DNA of 5,648 nucleotides from a virus: IMG/VR virus record IMGVR_UViG_3300045988_006862, positions 1 to 5,648 of that record; one strand, 5' to 3'. Shown piece by piece: positions 1 to 4,477 of this stretch (position 1 is its first letter; each line of letters starts with the position of its first letter). The notes under the pieces were generated by a model. It saw only the letters and a program-made list of their open reading frames with translations, ran no database searches and was not told where the DNA came from. The position numbers and the translations under genes were made by a program.

Positions 1-55
1 GCATCCTAGACTATATGGGAGTACCGACACACCTAAACGAAAAAGGAAACGGCAA
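1..55. repeat. Terminal direct repeat, copy 1 (assembly overlap marking a circular genome)
   Basis: Nt 1-55 (gcatcctagactatatgggagtaccgacacacctaaacgaaaaaggaaacggcaa) are identical to nt 5594-5648. The repeat lies inside a continuous reading frame (the capsid gene). Confidence 0.95.
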
Positions 56-1277
56 CGATATTGAAATCAATGCACTACCAGTAAGAGCATACATCAAAAT
101 ATGGAACGAATTTTTCAGAGACCAAAACGTAGATAATGCGGCAAGTTATCAAAAAGGAGATACAGAAGTAAAATACTTCGACAGAGGAGAAAACGGATAC
201 ATAGGTGAACAAACCGGAAAAGAATACCTAGATGCATACACAGGCGGACCATGTCTTCCGGTCTCGAAATTCCACGACTATTTCACAAGCTGTCTGCCGT
301 ATCCTCAGCGTGGGCCGGAAGTAACAATTGGTTTAACGGGAAATGCACCGGTAACAACGTTCACAACCCAATACCTGAAAGAAGAACTGCACCATGACTT
401 CGGGTTTAACTTCAACGCAACAAGCGTACCGACACCGGATGAAACGAAGGTTTGGTCAATGGCATTCCAGGACGGAATAGAAAATGGATATCTTGGCGCA
501 AACCTAAGCAATATCGAAGCCGCATCAATCAACCAGCTCCGTCAAGCATTCGCAGTACAGCACTATTACGAAGCACTGGCACGAGGTGGTAGCCGATACC
601 GTGAACAGGTAAGAGCAATCTTTGGTGTAAGTATCAGCGATAAAACCGTACAAGTACCGGAATATCTGGGCGGTGGACGCTATCATGTAAACATTAACCA
701 AATCGTACAGACCAGCGGACAGCAGACCGAAGCAGACACGCCTATCGGCGAAACGGGTGCAATGTCTGTAACGCCTATCAACGAAAGCAGTTTCACAAAA
801 TCTTTTGAAGAACATGGTTTTGTCATAGGTGTACTATGTATACGACACGACAGAAGCTATCAGCAAGGCCTTGAACGATTCTGGAGCCGTAGCGACAGAC
901 TGGACTACTATTTCCCACAGTTTGCAAACATCGGCGAACAGCCGGTAAAGAAGAAAGAAATCATGTTGACTGGTACAGCAACAGACGATGAAACGTTCGG
1001 CTATCAGGAAGCCTGGGCGGAATACCGAATGAAACCAAGTAGAATCAGCGGAAAAATGAGAAGCAATGCGGAAGGGACGCTAGACTTCTGGCACTATGCA
1101 GACAACTACGAAACCGTCCCGACACTAAGCCAAGAGTGGATGAACGAGGGCAAAACAGAAATTGCACGAACTTTGATTGTTCAGGATGAACCCCAATTTT
1201 TCGGAGCAATAAGAGTAATGAACAAAACCACTCGTTGCATGCCGCTGTACAGTGTGCCGGGTCTGGAAAAACTGTAA
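3..1277 (+). CDS. VP1: Major capsid protein VP1 (F-like), C-terminal part (joined CDS 5191..5593+1..1277 = 1680 nt, 559 aa)
   Basis: This is the in-frame continuation of the ORF opening at 5191, so the track's ATG at 15 is an internal Met. It carries hallmark Microviridae capsid blocks: [49 protein letters not shown] and VPEYLGGG. Stop TAA at 1275-1277. Confidence 0.96.
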   Translation: MLDYMGVPTHLNEKGNGNDIEINALPVRAYIKIWNEFFRDQNVDNAASYQKGDTEVKYFDRGENGYIGEQTGKEYLDAYTGGPCLPVSKFHDYFTSCLPYPQRGPEVTIGLTGNAPVTTFTTQYLKEELHHDFGFNFNATSVPTPDETKVWSMAFQDGIENGYLGANLSNIEAASINQLRQAFAVQHYYEALARGGSRYREQVRAIFGVSISDKTVQVPEYLGGGRYHVNINQIVQTSGQQTEADTPIGETGAMSVTPINESSFTKSFEEHGFVIGVLCIRHDRSYQQGLERFWSRSDRLDYYFPQFANIGEQPVKKKEIMLTGTATDDETFGYQEAWAEYRMKPSRISGKMRSNAEGTLDFWHYADNYETVPTLSQEWMNEGKTEIARTLIVQDEPQFFGAIRVMNKTTRCMPLYSVPGLEKL

Positions 1278-1289
1278 AGAAAGGAGGAA

Positions 1290-1307
1290 GCCCGCAGAAA
1301 TGCGGGC
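1290..1307 (+). promoter_or_regulatory. 7-bp hairpin with GAAA tetraloop between VP1 and VP2, sequestering the VP2 start codon
   Basis: GCCCGCA (1290-1296), loop GAAA (1297-1300), TGCGGGC (1301-1307) form a perfect inverted repeat. ATG 1300-1302 spans the last loop base and the first two stem bases. The SD AGGAGG (1282-1287) lies 2 nt upstream of the stem. Confidence 0.6.
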
Positions 1308-2133
1308 TATATTTAAAATGGCAGGATTAGGAGCAATGCTAACAAGCGCTGGAACATGGCTAGCAAGTCATCCAGAAGTCGTAACGACAGGAATGTCACT
1401 GCTAGGAAATGGCCTGTCAAGCTACTTTGGACAGAAAAGCGAAAACCAAAGCCAAGGAAGCAACGTAAGCCAAAGCCAAGGCGGGGGACAAAGCACATCC
1501 ATGAGCGAGGGCGGGACAAACGACAAGCAAATCATGGACTACCTCAACAAGTACTACCAGTGGCAGGGCGGGCAAAACGCTTTCCAAAGCAAAACAAACC
1601 GACAAAACATGCTAATGCAGATGGGCTACAACACACTGTCGGCAATCCAACAGGGAATTTATAACCACATCGAAAACAACGCCGCAATGCAGTACAACAG
1701 CGCCGAAGCACTAGCAAACAGGCAGTTCCAAGAGCGAATGAGCAGCACAGCATACCAAAGAGCGGTAGAAGACATGAGGAAAGCCGGACTAAATCCCATT
1801 CTAGCATACGCACAAGGTGGCGCAAGCACACCGGGCGGCTCAGGTGCAACAATCACGGGTGCAAGCATGGGAATGCCAGCATCAAGCGCTCTGGGAGTAT
1901 CTGCGCTAAGCGGCAACGTGCCAAACAGTTATTTCAACCGAAGTGAAAGCAAATCACAGTGGTACCAGCTGGCAGAAGCAGTTGGAAGTCAAATGAGCTC
2001 AGGCTATAGCAGTCCAGTGCAGCTGACAGAAGACCTGCTCAAAACCTATAAACAAATGGAAAAAACAAACAAAACCGTACCGTTTGAAGTAGGCGGAGGT
2101 AAATTCCATACAGGAGGAGGTAGAAAAAAGTGA
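1300..2133 (+). CDS. VP2: Minor capsid / DNA pilot protein VP2 (H-like)
   Basis: The open frame runs 1252-2133. My preferred start is ATG 1300 (AGGAGG 1282-1287, 12-nt spacer), with ATG 1318 as an alternative. The protein has a hydrophobic N-terminus ([14 protein letters not shown]), a Q/S/G-rich low-complexity linker and the conserved block [25 protein letters not shown] typical of gokushovirus VP2. It sits directly downstream of VP1. Stop TGA at 2131-2133. Confidence 0.85.
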   Translation: MRAIFKMAGLGAMLTSAGTWLASHPEVVTTGMSLLGNGLSSYFGQKSENQSQGSNVSQSQGGGQSTSMSEGGTNDKQIMDYLNKYYQWQGGQNAFQSKTNRQNMLMQMGYNTLSAIQQGIYNHIENNAAMQYNSAEALANRQFQERMSSTAYQRAVEDMRKAGLNPILAYAQGGASTPGGSGATITGASMGMPASSALGVSALSGNVPNSYFNRSESKSQWYQLAEAVGSQMSSGYSSPVQLTEDLLKTYKQMEKTNKTVPFEVGGGKFHTGGGRKK

Positions 2134-3149
2134 GTTGTTACAAGCCGCTAATTAGGCTGTACAACCCGGAAAACAAAGAAGTGAGCGGGCGGGTGTATTC
2201 ACTCGCCCGCTTTTCTCAGATAAGCGGGAAACAGCTAAAGTATGAAGATTTGATGTATAATCCAAAAGTTATGTTGATACCATGCGGGCAATGCATCGGA
2301 TGCAGAATCAGACAGCGAGAGGACTGGACAACACGCATTGAGTTAGAAGCAAGAGACTACCCAAAAGAACAAGTATGGTTTATCACGCTAACTTATGATG
2401 AAGAACATGTACCGGGCATGATAGTAAAAACAGGCGAAATCATGCGAAAGGTACAGTACGCATGGAAGCCGGGAGAGAAGCGTCCAGAAAGCGTTCAAAT
2501 TTTGCTATATGAGGATATTCAAAAATTCTTAAAACGTCTCAGGAAAGCTTACGGAGGCAAATTACGCTATTTTGTAGCGGGAGAATACGGAGAACAAACA
2601 GCGAGACCGCACTATCACATGATTCTATATGGTTGGGAACCGACAGACCTGAAGAACCTGTACAAGATTCACCACAATGGATACTATACTTCAGAAACAC
2701 TTTGTAAAATTTGGGGCCTTGGAAATGTGCAAATTGCACAAGCGGTTCCAGAAACCTATAGATATGTTGCAGGCTATGTTACAAAAAAAATGTACGAGAT
2801 AGACGGAAAGAAAGCAAATGTTTACTACGAAATGGGACAAACGAAACCTTTTGCTTGCATGAGCCTAAAACCGGGTCTTGGAGACCATTACTATCAAGAA
2901 CACAAAGCAGAAATCTGGCGGCAAGGTTACATTCAATGCACAAACGGAAAAAAAGCGCAGATTCCAAGATACTACGAAAAGCAGATGGAAACAGAAAACC
3001 CGGAAAGACTATGGAGAATTAAGCAAAACAGGCAAAAAAACGCAATCGAGCAGAAGAGACTACAGTTAGAAAACCAAGACTATAAGACAGTCCTAGAGAC
3101 AAAAGAACGTGTCACCAAAAAACAAACGAAAAAGCGTGGTATTTTATAA
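2130..3149 (+). CDS. VP4: Rolling-circle replication initiator VP4 (HUH endonuclease, phiX174 gpA-like)
   Basis: The GTG start at 2130 overlaps the VP2 stop (GTGA), and AGGAGGAGG lies at 2112-2120. Motifs: Cys cluster PCGQCIGCR, motif I FITLTYD, motif II (HUH) [10 protein letters not shown], and motif [14 protein letters not shown] with two Tyr three residues apart. Stop TAA at 3147-3149. Confidence 0.95.
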   Translation: MSCYKPLIRLYNPENKEVSGRVYSLARFSQISGKQLKYEDLMYNPKVMLIPCGQCIGCRIRQREDWTTRIELEARDYPKEQVWFITLTYDEEHVPGMIVKTGEIMRKVQYAWKPGEKRPESVQILLYEDIQKFLKRLRKAYGGKLRYFVAGEYGEQTARPHYHMILYGWEPTDLKNLYKIHHNGYYTSETLCKIWGLGNVQIAQAVPETYRYVAGYVTKKMYEIDGKKANVYYEMGQTKPFACMSLKPGLGDHYYQEHKAEIWRQGYIQCTNGKKAQIPRYYEKQMETENPERLWRIKQNRQKNAIEQKRLQLENQDYKTVLETKERVTKKQTKKRGIL

Positions 3150-3162
3150 TTGGTGTCACCTA

Positions 3163-3200
3163 GCCCAGTACCTATCAAGTAAGGTACTGGGCATTATTAT
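3163..3200 (+). terminator. Hairpin downstream of Rep, candidate weak intrinsic terminator
   Basis: GCCCAGTACCT (3163-3173) pairs with AGGTACTGGGC (3182-3192) as a perfect 11-bp stem around the 8-nt loop ATCAAGTA. It is followed by the T-rich but interrupted ATTATTATTCT and begins 14 nt after the VP4 stop. Confidence 0.5.
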
Positions 3201-3206
3201 TCTAAT

Positions 3207-3256
3207 CGCGCACACGCGTACACGCGAAAACTACACGCGCACGCGTGCGCACGTAT
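3207..3256. repeat. Two alternating pyrimidine-purine tracts built of CACGCG repeats, with a 14-bp perfect palindrome
   Basis: Strict Y-R alternation runs over 3207-3226 (20 nt, CGCGCACACGCGTACACGCG) and 3232-3256 (25 nt). CACGCG occurs at 3213, 3221, 3234 and 3240. The palindrome GCGCACGCGTGCGC (3237-3250) is followed by the AT palindrome TATTATAATA (3254-3263). Confidence 0.85.
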
Positions 3257-3292
3257 TATAATATAACTTGTTGTAGTCGTAGTAGTAGAGTA

Positions 3293-3457
3293 TGTGGAAA
3301 AGTTGAAAAGTATAATTTTAAAACGTTAGAGCGTAAAAAAACAAACAAAATCAATGTTGAAAGATTTGTTGAAAACTTGTTGAATTGTTGAAACACTCTA
3401 TTGTGCTAAAGTTTAACAATGTTGAAATGTTGAAAACTATGTGGAAAATGTTGAAAA
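3293..3457 (+). repeat. Array of 11 same-orientation TGT(T/G)GAAA(A) iteron-like repeats (DnaA-box-like on the complement)
   Basis: Copies: 3293 TGTGGAAAA, 3302 GTTGAAAA, 3355 TGTTGAAAG, 3367 TGTTGAAAA, 3378 TGTTGAAT, 3386 TGTTGAAAC, 3402 TGTGCTAAA, 3420 TGTTGAAAT, 3428 TGTTGAAAA, 3440 TGTGGAAAA, 3449 TGTTGAAAA. The complement TTTTCCACA fits TTWTNCACA, and TTTTCAACA is one mismatch away. An AT-rich tract (3311-3354) separates copies 2 and 3. Confidence 0.85.
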
Positions 3458-3495
3458 GCAAATAGAAGCAATCCGGAATCAAACGGGAAAGCCAG

Positions 3496-3542
3496 GGCCG
3501 CGCTTCGCTGAAAGTTGCGCCGCGTAGCGCGCAACAGCGGCC
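3496..3542 (+). other. GC-rich compound hairpin in the non-coding region (possible ssDNA structural or origin element)
   Basis: The outer stem is GGCCGC (3496-3501) paired with GCGGCC (3537-3542). The inner stem is GTTGCGC (3514-3520) paired with GCGCAAC (3529-3535) around an 8-nt loop CGCGTAGC. An alternative CGCG-TAG-CGCG fold is possible. This is a GC island within an otherwise A/T-rich region. Confidence 0.55.
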
Positions 3543-3636
3543 ATCTAATGAAAAATTCTGCAAAAGACTTGACAATTGTAAAGAAATCAAGACAAAGGAT
3601 TAACCAGCTGGAAAAAGAAAACAAACTTATGTGGTA

Positions 3637-3664
3637 TTGACAAAAAAGCAAGACATGATATAAC
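3637..3664 (+). promoter_or_regulatory. Sigma70/sigmaA-type promoter P1 (TTGACA - 16 nt - TATAAC, preceded by an extended -10 TG)
   Basis: -35 TTGACA (3637-3642), a 16-nt spacer, extended -10 TG (3656-3657) and -10 TATAAC (3659-3664). The predicted start near 3671 runs directly into the terminator hairpin at 3671-3701. Confidence 0.6.
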
Positions 3665-3670
3665 AAAGAC

Positions 3671-3701
3671 AAAAACCGGAGTTGACAACTCCGGTTTTTT
3701 T
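3671..3701 (+). terminator. Canonical intrinsic (rho-independent) terminator hairpin, potentially bidirectional
   Basis: AAAAACCGGAGTT (3671-3683), loop GAC, AACTCCGGTTTTT (3687-3699) form a 13-bp perfect stem with a CCGGAG/CTCCGG core. A run of 7 T (3695-3701) follows, mirrored by a 5' A-tract. Confidence 0.75.
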
Positions 3702-3709
3702 GATATAAT
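3682..3709 (+). promoter_or_regulatory. Consensus sigma70/sigmaA promoter P2 (TTGACA - 16 nt - TATAAT, preceded by an extended -10 TG) driving the peptidase gene and downstream genes
   Basis: -35 TTGACA (3682-3687, centred on the terminator hairpin loop), a 16-nt spacer, extended -10 TG (3701-3702) and a perfect -10 TATAAT (3704-3709). It lies 28 nt upstream of ATG 3737 and its AAGGAG RBS. Confidence 0.75.
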
Positions 3710-3736
3710 AAAAAATAGAAGAAGGAGAAAAACGCC

Positions 3737-4120
3737 ATGAAACGCATAAACTATGTAAAAGCAGACTTCGGAAGCGTAAGCAGCCACTTCAAAGCAAAAG
3801 AGTTCCAGTGCAAAGATAAAAGCGAATATCTGTTAATCGCAACAGAACTAATCGAAATACTGGAAAAAATCCGAAACCACTTCAACGCTCCGGTCATCAT
3901 CAACAGCGGATACAGGACACCAAGCTGGAACAGCAAAGTAAACGGAGCGCCAAACTCCTACCACTGCAAAGGAATGGCAGCAGATATCGTAGTAAAAGGG
4001 CACAGCAGTATAGAAGTCGCAAAGTACGCAGATAGCATCATGGAACAAGGCGGCGTAATCAAATACAAGAATTTCACGCATATTGATGTGCGTGAAGAGC
4101 GATACAGAAAGGGGGTGTAA
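3737..4120 (+). CDS. Zinc peptidoglycan peptidase, M15 family (Peptidase_M15_3 / YcbK-VanY-like); candidate endolysin
   Basis: ATG 3737 follows AAGGAG (3722-3727, 9-nt spacer). The 127-aa protein carries the family signature INSGYRTPSWNSKVNGAPNSYHCKGMAADI (His76-x6-Asp83) and FTHIDVR (His115), plus the N-terminal FKAKEFQC block common in this family. Stop TAA at 4118-4120. Confidence 0.88.
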   Translation: MKRINYVKADFGSVSSHFKAKEFQCKDKSEYLLIATELIEILEKIRNHFNAPVIINSGYRTPSWNSKVNGAPNSYHCKGMAADIVVKGHSSIEVAKYADSIMEQGGVIKYKNFTHIDVREERYRKGV

Positions 4121-4123
4121 CCA

Positions 4124-4228
4124 ATGGCATTAATTAAGGTCAAAGACCTTCGAGAAGCAATCCAGCTCATCAAGACCGTGCTGGAAAAGCTTGACGAAAT
4201 CTACCACGTCCTGAAGGAAAAGGAGTAA
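4124..4228 (+). CDS. Hypothetical 34-aa helical protein (below the ORF-track size cutoff)
   Basis: ATG 4124 lies 3 nt after the peptidase stop and is preceded by GGGGG (4111-4115). Translation: MALIKVKDLREAIQLIKTVLEKLDEIYHVLKEKE. Stop TAA at 4226-4228, and its last codons form the AAGGAG RBS of the next ORF. It exactly fills an otherwise non-coding gap in a compact genome. No homology recognised. Confidence 0.4.
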   Translation: MALIKVKDLREAIQLIKTVLEKLDEIYHVLKEKE

Positions 4229-4231
4229 AAC

Positions 4232-4477
4232 ATGGTGAACAAAACATGGAACGTGCGAGACCAGACCGAAGAAACGCTCAGACTTGAGGCCGAAAAGCTA
4301 TACAAGCAGATAGAAGCCGGATACAAGATGATAAAAAAAGTATCCAAGCTGGAAGATGCCGAAAAGCTCATTGAACGAATCTGGATTATGAAGAAATGGG
4401 CTAACGACATCGAGCTAGAACTACTCAGAAGGGAGTACACATATGAAGCACAGGAAGAGAATGCCGGTACGAGCTGA
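4232..4477 (+). CDS. Hypothetical 81-aa charged, coiled-coil-like protein
   Basis: ATG 4232 follows AAGGAG (4220-4225, 6-nt spacer). The sequence is heptad-like and K/E-rich (EETLRLEAEKLYKQIEAGYKMIKKVSKLEDAEKLIERI). I see no transmembrane segment and recognise no family. Confidence 0.6.
   Translation: MVNKTWNVRDQTEETLRLEAEKLYKQIEAGYKMIKKVSKLEDAEKLIERIWIMKKWANDIELELLRREYTYEAQEENAGTS

Noticed and set aside
1-55. The terminal 55-nt repeats as biological terminal repeats, LTRs or att sites
   Set aside because: The repeat is exact and lies in frame within the capsid gene. Joining the copies restores a full-length VP1. This is the classic signature of an assembled circular contig, not of a mobile-element boundary.
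1252-1299. GTG 1252 as the VP2 start (the track's 293-aa version)
   Set aside because: It lies inside the VP1 coding sequence and has no SD. The AGGAGG at 1282-1287 serves ATG 1300, and the extra residues ([16 protein letters not shown]) look like an out-of-frame read of the VP1 end.
1356-1664. A 102-aa extremely basic (K/R/P-rich) ORF overprinted in the +1 frame on the Q/S/G-rich linker of VP2. It is tempting as a phiX-style overlapping gene or a J-like protein
   Set aside because: No SD precedes ATG 1356. The same interval is also open on the minus strand (ORFs of 62, 68, 85 and 102 aa), so the region is simply poor in stop-forming trinucleotides. The basic composition follows automatically from frame-shifting the CAAAGCCAAGG repeats. 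It would need Ribo-seq or conservation evidence.
2878-3069. A 63-aa basic ORF overprinted on the C-terminal part of the VP4 Rep
   Set aside because: It has no SD and is a lysine-rich product of an A-rich region read out of frame, with no recognisable motif. Chance is the simpler explanation.
3245-3272. A possible XerC/XerD dif-like site (GTGCGCA followed by an AT-rich palindrome), which would imply lysogeny through host Xer recombinases as proposed for some microvirus prophages
   Set aside because: Only about 7 of 11 positions of the XerC arm (GGTGCGCATAA) match. Nothing resembles the better-conserved XerD arm (TTATGTTAAAT / TTATGTAAACT) at the correct 6-nt spacing on either strand.
3257-3316. 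TATAAT hexamers at 3257-3262 and 3311-3316 as promoters
   Set aside because: Neither has a TTGACA-like -35 at 16-18 nt nor an extended -10 TG. They sit in generally AT-rich sequence where such hexamers are expected by chance.
3293-3457. The TGTTGAAA repeat array as a CRISPR array or a tandem satellite
   Set aside because: The repeats are only 8-9 nt long, irregularly spaced (8-18 nt within the main cluster) and often directly abutting, with no spacer-like unique segments. This fits neither CRISPR architecture nor a regular tandem repeat.
3293-3460. The possibility that TGA is read as Trp (genetic code 4, as in Spiroplasma microviruses), which would open ORFs through the TGTTGAAA repeats
   Set aside because: Code 11 gives complete, motif-bearing genes with proper lengths. 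The VP2 ORF and the 81-aa ORF end sensibly at TGA. The moderate GC content and strong SD usage are not mollicute-like. The repeats would encode only low-complexity peptide.
3569-3600. A third TTGACAA box (3569-3575) as another promoter
   Set aside because: No acceptable -10 element lies 16-18 nt downstream (the sequence there is ACAAAG / GATTAA). It may still be a protein-binding repeat, but promoter function is unsupported.
3548-3640. A 30-aa + strand ORF (MKNSAKDLTIVKKSRQRINQLEKENKLMWY) inside the non-coding region
   Set aside because: No SD precedes it, in contrast to the other genes here. It ends inside the P1 -35 box and has no recognisable similarity. Treated as chance.
3351-3787. Minus-strand ORFs (79, 113 and 66 aa) covering the non-coding region and the peptidase start
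   Set aside because: Their translations are F/L/S-rich and low in complexity. This is the mirror image of the A-rich + strand and of the TTTTCAACA repeats. They have no SD, they run against the uniform + strand gene organisation of Microviridae, and they overlap the promoter/terminator composite.
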